From: Prasinococcaceae sp. CCMP 1430
Lineage: Eukaryota > Plantae > Prasinodermophyta
NCBI GenBank assembly: GCA_013416795.1
Contig: RQSC01000027.1
Location: forward strand, 590,416 to 654,415
Reading direction: 5' to 3'
Length of the DNA stretch: 64,000 nucleotides
The position numbers and the translations under genes were made by a program. Below, piece after piece: positions 38,940-49,457 of the stretch (the first letter of the stretch is position 1; each line of letters opens with the position of its first letter). A model generated the notes under the pieces. That model saw nothing but the letters and a program-made list of their open reading frames with translations, made no database searches and was not told the DNA's origin.

Positions 38940-40829
38940 ATGCGCCCCAAATCCAAATCCAAATCCGCGGTTCCCTGGAATCCGGCAGACCTGCTGCCGG
39001 CGCGTGCGCAGCGTTCTCGCGGAGAGACACTGCCCGCGGGCGGCGGCTGGCTGCGTGGCACTGGGGCGCGCGCGGGGGCAGTGCGCACGAGGATGGCGTG
39101 GCGTGGGCCGCTGGCAGCGTGTGCCTCACCCCCCGCCCCGCGAGTCCCTCCCGAGGAGGACAGAGCGCGCGCGGCGCGCGCAGCAGCGGCGGCGATGACG
39201 AGCGCAGAGAGCGAGAGCCCGGCGTGCTACGTGCGCATGCTCGACGTCGCCGGTGCAGGCAATGGCGTGAGCGAGGACGCGCGACCGGAGGGGTCGTCGC
39301 GGGACCATCAAGGGATCGCACCCCCCCGGTGTATGTACGCATCGAGCAGTGCCGCTGAGATTCTCTTTCGTGACGTTGCAAGCGCGCGAGAGTGGTGCAA
39401 GTCAGTTGCGGTCGCGGCGGTGTCTGGTGTCCAAGACGTAGAAAACACCCACAAGGGGAGCTCATTAAATGAGCAGGCTGCAAGGGCGGACTTGGCAGTC
39501 CTCCCCAACGCTCGCGCGCGCGCGGTTGCAACAGAGCTTGCGAATGGTGCGTGCCGTGAGCATGCGCGCTCGGGCGAGCTTTTGCGCGCACACATCGACT
39601 CGTGCGCTCGTGAGACTCTTGCACGCACGTACACCCGCGCGCTCGTTGACACGTACGCATCCACTCTGGTACGCCTCTACGGACGCCAATGCTCGTTTGC
39701 TCACACTCATACACCAGGCAGAATGGCGCTCGTTGGCCTCGTTCCCGCCAGCCCCGAGACGAGCGCAGCGCCCTCGGAGTACAAATGGGTAGACGGAGGC
39801 AAATATGCGCAGGGGTGGGGGGAAGCCCAGCCTGACAGTCACAGCGGCCAAGGAGAATACGCCGTGACGCTGAATTGCAAGGACGGCGGGGATGGCACGG
39901 CGAGCTACATGCACGATTGCGGCGCCCAGGGCGTGCTGTATAACGTGGAAAACGCGGCGAACATGCTCGCCCTGTGCACATCAGACTCGGAGGATGTATG
40001 CGCAGCTCTGGCCGACACTGGCACATGCGTGGACGCCGACGCTCTAACTTCGATCGAATGGTCCGTTCGCGTGGTCCCCCGCTGGCCGCTGTCTCTCTCA
40101 GCTCTCAACAACACGCTCGGGAGCGGCGCCCCAGTGCGTGCTGCTGTCGATGCGTGCTGACAATCCACGCGCCGCACCTTTGCGTGTAGGTACTACTCGG
40201 AGATGACGTGCATGCTCGAATCATGCGCATGCTGCTCAAGCCTGACCGACACAACCCCTCATCATGACTTTGATTCCGAAAGCGCGCTTCTCACAGGGGA
40301 GGGGTACTTCACACCCGAGCTGCCCGCGTGCATCTTCTGTTCGGAGGACGACTATCCGGGCTCGGACAAGCACCGCAACGAAGGCGCCTCCCTGTTCAGA
40401 TTTTTCATCACGACACCCATCTTCCTGATGGTGATGTTCACGGTCATGTTCATGCAGGCGCGCCGCCGAAGGGTGCTCTTCCAACGGGCGCAACAGCAGC
40501 GCGAGGGCGTTCACACAAGGGACTTGCCGCCGGGCATGGCCATGCTACATGTGCCCCGAGGCGCTGGCCCGCCCGGACGACCCTCGGGAGGATTCAACGG
40601 GGGTGACAGGGTACATGCTGGAGGTGGAGGCTTTCTAGTCATGGGTGTTGGCAGCGGCGCAGAGAATGTCGCGCACGCTGTGGAGATGTCCCCATGTGCA
40701 AGCGGAGAAAACGGGCAACGCGCGCGCGGGCCCGTGCCAGGCTTGCCAGTGGCCCAGCCGGCGACATTGCCCGGGCCACCCACGACGCTGCATTACCCGA
40801 CTGCGAACGCCGCCACGGCGGAGCCTTGA
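38940..40829 (+). CDS. Single-pass membrane protein with a degenerate C-type-lectin-like ectodomain; start uncertain
   Basis: After removing in-frame intron 39547-39717: AREWCKS...LA...MALVGL...YKWVDG...WGEAQPD...EYAV...MHDC. Cys-rich linker, TM helix FFITTPIFLMVMFTVMFM, then RRRR. Confidence 0.6.
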
Positions 40830-40962
40830 ATGTTAAAACGACAAATGCATGTTTTCATAACAGATACAGGTACAACATCGGCGCGGGCATGATAGCGCCT
40901 GAGCACGCGCTCTCACGATGCACGCGATCGCGCGGCAATGAAAAGCCGGCGATGCCAGCGCC

Positions 40963-42456
40963 TTACCGACCGGGCGATCGCGCCACGAAGTCATCGGTTT
41001 CGAACTGCCGCACGTCGCTGCCATTGCCACGCGTGGGCGCGGAGGGGTCGATACTACACGGCACGACCTCATCGTCGCTCAGTTCGTAGTCGGGCTGAGC
41101 TTGGGCGCAAGGCTGGTGCGGCACCACGCCGTGTCCGGCCGCTCGCCCAGGCGCGCCATTGTGGAGCGGCTCCGCGCCTGGTGTGGTGGCGGCACTCACA
41201 GACACACCGCTCCGCGAGTGGCGGCCCTGGGTAGCGCCTCCAGACGTCACCAGCCCCGCAGACTGTTGACCAAGTGCAACCAAAGCGTTGGCACCAGCCT
41301 GCGTTACCGAGCCCAGCAGTAATTCTCCACTACGGGAGCTCGGACCGCTCGATGCAGCCGGCGTCGTCGTGGTCGGAAGTCTCGCTCGGTCCGCGCTATG
41401 GCCCGAGGCGCCGCTGCGGTGTGGGGTACTCCCGTCGCGGGTGCTGGTCGTACCTGGCCTCGCCCCGCCCAGCATCGACTGGAGCAAAGATGACAACACC
41501 AGCTGCGCTTGGAAGCCGTGGCACCCTGCCACCGAGCTGCCAGAGGCGCCGCCGGGACGCTGCCGGGGCGTGACCACAAGCGGCTTGCCAGGTGTGTCGA
41601 ATCCGATGGCGGCATCCATGCCAACGGCCTCGCAGAACGCGAGCATCGCCTTGAGCTCCCTCAGTGCGCACGTCGCCTCGGCTTGAACGCCTTGCTGGCA
41701 ACGAATCTCGAGGACCGACTCGTCGTCGCCGTGCAGGCTCAGCTCCGTGCCAAGCATGCTGCCGGCCTGGCTATTCGCCTCGGCGTGCGATCGCATGACC
41801 ACTTCGGCACCACCAGCGATGCTTGGCTCCACCCGAGCGCACAGCGTCAGCTCGCTCACCGCCCCTGAGAACGAAGCCATCTGCACGCGGTTGAATTCCT
41901 TGGATCGGACCTCCAGCACCGCCGTCATGTCGTTGAGACTTGATCCTGTTTCAACGGCTGCCTCGGTGCGCGCAATCAGCGGCATGCCGTACTCGCGCTG
42001 CACGCCGTCGCGCGTGAGCATGCGTAGAAAAAGCCTGTCTGCGAAGCCCACCTCCGGCTCAAAGTACGTGAGGACCGCTTCCTCCGCCGCCTGGAACATG
42101 CGCAGCGCGTGCAGCAGCGTCTTGAGGGCGAGCCCAAGCAGGATCGTGTCACCAGCCGGAGGTGGGCGCGCGGTGTATTGTGTGAAGAGCAGAGGCGGTA
42201 GGAAAACCTTTGCATACGCAGACTGCGCCGAGTTGAGCGCGCGGAGCGCCATTCCTTCCGGCCGCAGCTCGAGCGTGCACTCCGCATGCACCTTGAACAG
42301 CAGCCTGAGCGCGAGTGCGAGCGCCCGTGTCTCCGCCGGGCCGAGCACCGCCTGGAACAGAGGCTCTCTCGTGCGCACACGGTGCGCGTCGCCGCCCGCC
42401 ACTGCCGTGGGCGCGCCCGCCGCCGGCCCGGCCGCTGGCGCGACCGCGGCCGCCAT
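40963..42456 (-). CDS. RAD9: Rad9 subunit of the 9-1-1 checkpoint clamp
   Basis: LRALNSAQSAYAKVFL...F and EATCALRELKAMLAFCEAVGMDAAIGFDTPGKPLVV resemble the Rad9 PCNA-fold motifs; disordered C-terminal tail. Confidence 0.8.
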   Translation of the reverse strand: MAAAVAPAAGPAAGAPTAVAGGDAHRVRTREPLFQAVLGPAETRALALALRLLFKVHAECTLELRPEGMALRALNSAQSAYAKVFLPPLLFTQYTARPPPAGDTILLGLALKTLLHALRMFQAAEEAVLTYFEPEVGFADRLFLRMLTRDGVQREYGMPLIARTEAAVETGSSLNDMTAVLEVRSKEFNRVQMASFSGAVSELTLCARVEPSIAGGAEVVMRSHAEANSQAGSMLGTELSLHGDDESVLEIRCQQGVQAEATCALRELKAMLAFCEAVGMDAAIGFDTPGKPLVVTPRQRPGGASGSSVAGCHGFQAQLVLSSLLQSMLGGARPGTTSTRDGSTPHRSGASGHSADRARLPTTTTPAASSGPSSRSGELLLGSVTQAGANALVALGQQSAGLVTSGGATQGRHSRSGVSVSAATTPGAEPLHNGAPGRAAGHGVVPHQPCAQAQPDYELSDDEVVPCSIDPSAPTRGNGSDVRQFETDDFVARSPGR

Positions 42457-42916
42457 CCACGCGCCCCCGGCGGCCGCAGATGCGGAGAACAGAGGGCCGC
42501 CGCCGATCGACGGTCGAGGCCCGAAGAGTGCGATGCAGGCGAGGAGTGGCGCGCGGGCGGGAGGGTGGGGGGACACGAGGCGGGCGCCTCCGCGCGCTCC
42601 GCGTGCGCCTCTGCGCGATTTCGCACAGGCGGATCCACTCACACACATAGTCCGTATAGTTGTGGCAATTGGCAACTCGCTTTCAGCACGTACAGTAGCA
42701 TTTTGACCTACGAAGTTGACCCTACGAAATTAACCTAAAAAGTTAGAAAGTTTGGAGAGAAACCTAAACCATCACGGCGTCGCGTGACCGTGACGTGCGC
42801 CGCGGGGCTGGGTTGCGGCGCGCCGCCGCCTCGTCCGACCACTCGTTGTACAGCCGGCGGCGTGGGGTGCGGCTCCCTTGAGCCCCCCCTCCATCCTCCG
42901 GCCCCGGTGGGCGTCG

Positions 42917-43634
42917 ATGGCGGCGGCGCCGCTCTCTGGCGGCGGCGCGGCGGCACGGTTCGCCGTGCGGGACCTGCGCGCGTACCTGCGCGGGCGCTGG
43001 CGCTGCGAGCGCTCGCTCGCGGACCGCGGCGTCGCAGCGCGGTTTGACGGCGTGGCGAGGTTCTCCGACGGCGCGGCGGGCACTGGGACGACGCGGCTCG
43101 ACTACAAGGAGGAGGGAGTCGTCACAATGGAAGGGGGTGGCTCGTCCAGTGCTACGCGTGCTTACACGTACACTTTTCCGGACGGGCCTGCAGTTGCCGA
43201 GGTGCGCAGCGTGCCGAGCGCGCGAAGAGGCACGTGCAAGCAGGTGTGCCCTGGGTGGTGTGTGCGTCTGCGCCCATGTGCGTGTTTGCGTCCGAGTGCG
43301 TACGTACGCGTGCGCTCGCTGGCATTTGTGCGCACGCGCGTGCGCGGCGCGACGCGCAGCGCGTCCTCGCGTGCTGCTGCTCGCGCTCGTCGCGAGCGCT
43401 CTCGAGCTGACTCTCCAGCGAGCGTTCGAGCAGGTACTCTTCGAGGACGGACGGTTCTTCCACCCGCTGGATTTGCAAAGCGGCGAGTGGCAGGCGACGC
43501 ACCTATGCGGCGACGACGTGTACGAGGGCGCCTTCGCGGCACTCTCCGAGGACACGTGGACCATGACCTGGAACGTGAAGGGCCCCAGGAAGGACCAAAC
43601 CCTGCGCACGCGCTTTCTACGAGAGAGTGAATAA
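42917..43634 (+). CDS. DUF6314-like beta-barrel protein (2 exons)
   Basis: YLRGRWRCERSL...FDGVARF...YKEEG|VLFEDGRFFHPLDL...HLCGDDVYEG...WNVKGPRKD, a pattern recalled from DUF6314. Confidence 0.75.
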
Positions 43635-43804
43635 ACGGTGGACGCGGCGCCTTCCCGAAGCCGTTTCTTCGTGCGCGCCTGCATGAAGTCTTTGTAAACG
43701 TAGCGCGACCGCGCGCATTGTATCTTGCGGGCTATGCCGCATGGCCGACGCTGCGCGAGGCGCGCGCACACGCAACTCTGAATATTACTCTGGCCAGCAC
43801 CTGC

Positions 43805-44666
43805 TCACTCCGCTGCTGCGGCCTCTGCCTGGCCGCCGGCGAGCACGTCCTCGCGCTTGCAGGCGGTGCCCTCGAGCGGCACCACGGCTATGCTCGTGCG
43901 AAAGCGCGAGTTCTGCTCCTTGTCGCTCTGAGACGCTCGGCTCGTAGCAGCGACGTACACCAAACAATGCTCCTCGGGGTCGTAGATGCGCCTGATCGAC
44001 TGGCGCTTGAGAAACCAGTTGCGGCTGGCGCTGTCCATGTAGGCGGCACACGCAGTCACAAGTGATCAACCGTCAGACGCAGAGCATTGCAGACACCACG
44101 TGCGCGCGCACAAGCGCGCGCTTGTACGAGAGCGCGGCCGCGTGTGCAGAAGCGCTCGCTCGTGTCACCTGTAGACCTCTTCCCCGGATGGCGAAAGGTC
44201 GATTCGCGCGGCAATGTGGACAGTCGCTGGGCGCGTCAACACCGCCGACACAGACGCCTGCGCTGGCTCAGAGAAGGGCTGCGACAGTTTGTCAGCGACG
44301 TTGAGGCGCATGGAGCTTACGTAGAGGGTGACGCCTGGCACCTTCGGGTCACTCTGCGCGACCACGTCCACGCCATCGCGGAGGAATATGCCTTTTCCTG
44401 CCGCGAACGCGCCCACAGTGCGCGGAGTGCCCGGGACCCCCGCGCTGGCGCTGTCCGCGTGCACTACGGAGGGAGCGAGCGGCGGCATTGCGCGCGTCGC
44501 CCGCGCCTCGCCCGGGGCGGCCGCGGCCACAGCCAAGGCGGCGGCGGCGGCGGCCGCCGCCGCCAGCCCCCCCCCCCCGCACACACCCTGAGCGAGCTCG
44601 CACCGCGCACACGCGCAGGCCGCGACTGTTACGAACGGCCGCGCTCGCGCGCCGCCGCGCTCGCAT
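43805..44666 (-). CDS. creA: CreA-family protein with a probable plastid/lumen targeting peptide; apparent 1-nt frameshift in a C12 run
   Basis: SDPKVPGVTLYVS, SVSAVLT, GEEVYR, FLKRQSIRRIYDPEEHCLVYVA and TSIAVVPL align with recalled bacterial CreA motifs. Confidence 0.8.
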
Positions 44667-44914
44667 CCGTCCGTCCGTGGCTGGCTGTGACCCAAGCGGG
44701 CGGGCGGCGTGTTTGAGTGGGGCCTCGATAGGGAAGGCGTCTGCGCCGCGGCGTGCGATGGCGGTGCAGGCGCCCTCTGACCCGACTTCGGATGGGAAAA
44801 GAGGGGGTCGCGGCCGCGCTGCGGGTGGGCGTGCGGGCCTACCAGCCAGGGTTTGCGCGCGCGCGCGCGGCCGCGGGTGCGTTTTTTTTGCTTTCGTTTT
44901 GACCTGAGGGGAGA

Positions 44915-47785
44915 GTGTGCGGTGCGGGGGCTGCCACAGCGCCGCGCGCGAGGCCGCGCTGCGGCGCGCGCACCACGCTCGCGACGGCGGCGGGGGGAAG
45001 GCGCGCGGCGGCACGTGCCGCGGCGGGCTCGGCGGGCAGTGGTGGCCCCGAGGTCGCCGTGTCTATTGAGGAGGATGCAGCGTCGTCGGCGGCGGCGCCA
45101 CCGGCGGTGCCCGCGCACAACAGCGGCGCGTCCATCCGCCGCCGCTTCCTCGAGTTCTACGAGGCTCGCGAGCACGCTCGGCTGCCGAGCGCGTCGCTCA
45201 TCCCGGAGGACCCCACGGTGCTCCTGACCATTGCGGGCATGCTGCAATTCAAGCCCATCTTCCTCGGGCAGGTGCCGCGCTCGGTGGCCCGCGCGACCAC
45301 CACGCAGAAGTGCGTGCGCACCAACGACATCGAAAACGTGGGCGTGACCAAGCGCCACCACACGTTCTTCGAAATGCTCGGCAACTTCAGCTTCGGCGAC
45401 TACTTCAAGGAGGACGCAGTGCGCTGGGCGTGGGAGCTCGCCACCAAGGAGTACGGGCTGCCCGAGGAGCGGGTGTGGATTAGCGTGTTCGAAGAGGATG
45501 ACGAGTCGCTGCGGCTGTGGCGCGACGTTGTGGGCGTCGACCCCAGCCGCATCCAGCGGATGGGCGCCAAGGACAACTTCTGGGCCTCGGGCGCCACGGG
45601 GCCCTGCGGGCCGTGCACCGAAATGTACTACGACTTCACGCCAGAGAAAGGCACCGAAGGCGCCGACCTGGAGGACGACGACAGGTTCATCGAGTTCTAC
45701 AACGTGGTCTTCATGCAGTACAACCGCACCGAGGGAGGCGAGCTCTTGCCTCTCGAGAATCCGAACATCGACACAGGCATGGGCCTCGAGCGCATGGCCC
45801 AGATCCTGCAGGGCGCGCCGAACAACTATGAGACCGACCTCATCCTTCCTATCATCCAGAAGGCCGCGGCGCTCGGGGGGCTGGACTACTTTGCGCTAGG
45901 GGAGCGCGAGCAGCGCCTGCTGCGTGTTGTGGGCGACCACGCGCGCGCGGTCGCGTACATGGTGTCGGATGGCGTGGCGGCGAGCAATGTCGGGCGCGGG
46001 TACATCGTGCGGCGGCTCATTCGGCGCGTGGTGCGCTGCGGCCGGCAGCTGGGCATCCCCTCCGACCCCCCCTTCCTGCCGCAGGTGGCGCAGGTGGCCA
46101 TCGACATGAGCGCTGGCTGCGATCCGGGCTTGCAGGCAAACGCAGCTCGCGTGCTCAAGGAGCTCGAGCGGGAGGAGCTGAAATTCATCTCGACACTCGA
46201 GAGGGGCGACAAGCTGCTGTCGGAGATGATTGATGCTGCCAAGGCGAGTGGCGGTGGCGACGCGGCGATCAGCGGCGCTGACGCCTTCCTCCTGTACGAC
46301 ACGTACGGTTTCCCTGTCGAGATTACTGAGGAGGCTGCCGCTGAGGCGGGCGTCAGCGTGGACCTCGAGGGCTTCAAAAGCGAGATGGAGGCCGCACAGG
46401 CGCGCTCCAAGGCGGCGCACGAGGCTGTCAAGCTCGACATGGGCGGCTCGTTGGCGACGCTTGCGGAAACGCTCGGCGCGACGCCTTTCACGGGCTACGA
46501 CCACGCCCTCGCACCCAAGTCCGCGGCCGTGACCGCAATCATTGCCGGGGGCGAGCCAGTCGACGAAACGACGGAGGAGGGGGAGATGGTCCAGGTTGTG
46601 CTGGACTCGACGCCGTTCTATGCAGAGGGTGGCGGGCAGGTCGGCGACAAGGGCGTGCTGCGCGTGGACGACGGCAGCGATGGCGGTGCTCTGGTCGAGG
46701 TCGTGGGCTGCCGCAAGGCGGGCACTGGCACGTTCATGCACGAGGGGCGTCTGCTTCGCGGCGTGCTGCGCGTGGGCGACAGCGTGAGTGCGGCGGTGGA
46801 TGCGCCCTTCCGCCGCAAGGTGCGCGCCAACCACACATCGACGCACCTGCTGCAGGCGGCGCTCAAGCAGGTCGTCGGTGATGATATCAGCCAGGCGGGC
46901 TCGCTGGTGACCGACGATCGCCTGCGCTTCGACTTCAATTGCCCGCGCGGACTTAAGGCCAAGGAGGTGGCCGCGGTGGAGGACCTCATCAACGAGTGGA
47001 TTGCGGATGGCACCCCGCTGGTGAGCAAGGAAATGCCCATCGATGAGGCGAAGGCGGCGGGCGCCGTGGCCATGTTTGGGGAGAAGTACGGCGAGACCGT
47101 GCGCGTGGTGGACGTGCCGGGGGTGTCCATGGAGCTATGCGGCGGCACACACGTGGCGACGACGGCCGAGATCGGGGGCTTCAAGATAGTGTCAGAGGCG
47201 GGCGTGGCCAGCGGCGTGCGCCGCATCGAAGCGGTGTCTGGCGCGGGCGTGGTCGAGCTTCTGCGCGAGCGCGACGCGGTCGTCAAGGAGGTGAGCGCCG
47301 CGCTCAAGGTGGCTCCCGCGGAGATCGGCGAGCGCGTGTCCGCCATGCAGAAGGAAGCGTCCAGTGCCGCGAAGGAGATCGCAGCCCTGCGCGCCGATCT
47401 TGCGCTGGCCAAGTCTGCGTCCCTTGCCGCGAGCGCCACGGCTGGCGGCACCGAGGGCACCTCATACGTGGTGGCCGAGATCGAGGGCGCCGACGCGAAG
47501 TCGCTCGCCAGCGCGGCCGAGGCACTGTGCGGGGCGCTCGGCGAGGGCGGAGCCGTTGTGCTGGCCAGCGCCGCTGGCGGCAAGGTGGCCTTCGCGGCGA
47601 ACTTCGGCAAGGGCGCCGTGGCGGCTGGTGCCAAGGCGGGCGCCGTGGTGGGCGTTGCCGCCAAGCTGTGCGGCGGCGGCGGCGGCGGCAAACCCAATGT
47701 GGCGCAGGCTGGCGGCAAGGATGCCTCGAAGCTTTCCGAGGCGCTCGAGGCTGCCGAGGCCGCCATCAAAGAGGCGCTTGCGTGA
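44915..47785 (+). CDS. alaS: Alanyl-tRNA synthetase, bacterial/plastid type; true start codon uncertain
   Basis: TIAGMLQFK, QKCVRTND, RHHTFFEMLGNFSFGDYFK, GPCGPC, DTGMGLER, editing HTSTHLL and ELCGGTH, C-terminal GGGGGKPNVAQAGG. Confidence 0.97.
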   Translation: MCGAGAATAPRARPRCGARTTLATAAGGRRAAARAAAGSAGSGGPEVAVSIEEDAASSAAAPPAVPAHNSGASIRRRFLEFYEAREHARLPSASLIPEDPTVLLTIAGMLQFKPIFLGQVPRSVARATTTQKCVRTNDIENVGVTKRHHTFFEMLGNFSFGDYFKEDAVRWAWELATKEYGLPEERVWISVFEEDDESLRLWRDVVGVDPSRIQRMGAKDNFWASGATGPCGPCTEMYYDFTPEKGTEGADLEDDDRFIEFYNVVFMQYNRTEGGELLPLENPNIDTGMGLERMAQILQGAPNNYETDLILPIIQKAAALGGLDYFALGEREQRLLRVVGDHARAVAYMVSDGVAASNVGRGYIVRRLIRRVVRCGRQLGIPSDPPFLPQVAQVAIDMSAGCDPGLQANAARVLKELEREELKFISTLERGDKLLSEMIDAAKASGGGDAAISGADAFLLYDTYGFPVEITEEAAAEAGVSVDLEGFKSEMEAAQARSKAAHEAVKLDMGGSLATLAETLGATPFTGYDHALAPKSAAVTAIIAGGEPVDETTEEGEMVQVVLDSTPFYAEGGGQVGDKGVLRVDDGSDGGALVEVVGCRKAGTGTFMHEGRLLRGVLRVGDSVSAAVDAPFRRKVRANHTSTHLLQAALKQVVGDDISQAGSLVTDDRLRFDFNCPRGLKAKEVAAVEDLINEWIADGTPLVSKEMPIDEAKAAGAVAMFGEKYGETVRVVDVPGVSMELCGGTHVATTAEIGGFKIVSEAGVASGVRRIEAVSGAGVVELLRERDAVVKEVSAALKVAPAEIGERVSAMQKEASSAAKEIAALRADLALAKSASLAASATAGGTEGTSYVVAEIEGADAKSLASAAEALCGALGEGGAVVLASAAGGKVAFAANFGKGAVAAGAKAGAVVGVAAKLCGGGGGGKPNVAQAGGKDASKLSEALEAAEAAIKEALA

Positions 47786-47943
47786 GGTTTGTGCTTGCAC
47801 GTTTGTGGAGCTAGTGGGGAGCGTGGGCCTATTTCGCCCTGCTTCAGTGTGGCACTGTGACGGTACAAAAGAATGGTCTTAAGAAAATCAGACCCTCGAT
47901 TCGCGCTCTCTCACATGCTGCGTCTTCCTCTAGCGCGTAGCGG

Positions 47944-49062
47944 TCACAACAGCGGCTTGCCAGCGTCGTCCTCCGGCACGACATTGATGTTGCCGAGCTC
48001 GCCGAAGCCACCAGCCTCCGCCTGCATCGCTGCCATGTTCTTTTTCACGAGCGTCTCGCGCACGCGCTTCTCAATCTCGTCAAGAACGTATTCAGCCACC
48101 TGTTCAGGGGACGATGCGCCCTTCACCTCGAGGTGGATGTCCGCCTGCAGGAGCCGCGAGTCAGCACGCGCAGCAAAGGCCTTTCACGCGCGACAAGCCG
48201 CAGCGGCAGATGCGGTGCAGCGCACGCACCTGCTTGTACTGCGACTCGCGCTCTTCCCTCAGCGCCTCGAGGCGCTCCTCAATGTCCTCGACGGATTCAA
48301 GCACGCCGCCGTCGCTCGCAAGCGGCCTCGAATCGGAGCCCTGCGCAGCCACGCGGCGCGCAAGCGACGCGACAGGCGGGTCGATCCACACCGAAATGCC
48401 ATGCGTCATGCAGCCCCAATTCTCCACACGCATGACCGCGCCGCCACCTGTGCAGATCACCGTGCGTGTGAGGGGTGCGAGCTGCTTGAGCACGTCCGTC
48501 TCCAAAGCACGGAATGCATCCTCGCCCTCCTCCGAGAAGATCTCCGAGACGGCACGGCCCGTCGCCTGCTCGATCACGCTGTCCGTGTCAAAGCACATGT
48601 ACTCGAGCTTCGACGAGAGAATGCCACCGACGGTGGTCTTGCCAGAGCCCATCATACCTACGCGAGCAACGTGGATACGCACAAGGCGCGCGCACGTTAG
48701 ATACAAGGACCACTGAGAGGCCGAGAGCCACGTTCGCACCCGTCGCCAGCGCCGCCTGCGCCATCCCGCGGTGCTGACCCACAGGAGGGTTTCGGGAAGC
48801 TCATGGGGCGCCTGCGTGGCCGCCCGCACGACCGCGTGGGCGAGCGGGTGGTGCTGCATCGCGGGAACGGTCGGCGGCGCGGCGCGCGCGACGCGCGGCA
48901 CGCCCACGCACCTACGAGATAGATTGGCACGCCATCGATGTGCGGCTTGAGCGCGGCAGCCTTGGTGTCGAGCGCCGACTCGCCAGCGTCCGCGGCGGCG
49001 GCCGCGCAGCTCCGGCCCTCTGCGGCAGTGGTACGGTATGAACTCGTTTCCTGACAGTGCAT
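47944..49062 (-). CDS. aroK: Shikimate kinase (3 visible exons); 5' end uncertain
   Basis: IYLVG|MMGSGKTTVG (Walker A), FDTD, GEDAFRALET, TGGGAV, SRPL, REERESQYKQ|AD. Confidence 0.93.
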
Positions 49063-49081
49063 TAGTGAGCGGACTCAGCAA

Positions 49082-49270
49082 GCTAGTACTAGACTAGTCC
49101 TATCCGGATAGTACTCTCTAGCTAGCTAGACTAGCTAGAGACTAGTGACTAGTCTCGACTAGTCTAGCTAGCTAGTCTCTGGAGTCACTCTAGTCCTAGT
49201 AGTCTACTAGAGTGGGTGGGGACTAGGACTCGCTAGCTAGACTAGTCTCTAGCTAGCTAGTGACTAGTGT
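49082..49270. repeat. CTAG-rich low-complexity tract
   Basis: About 25 CTAG tetramers (hand count) in about 190 bp. Confidence 0.95.
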
Positions 49271-49457
49271 TCGGCTCAAAATGTGACGTGTTGCAATTTT
49301 TGGGCGGCGACTACATCCAGCTCGCTGCGTCTCGCTCTGGCCCTAGAGCTCGCTCTGCTTGCAGGCTCGGCGAAATCTCCTCTTAGCTGTAAATCGTACA
49401 GTACCCCCTAATAACAATAGATAGGCCATTGGCACATGAGATTTCGGCACTTGGACA

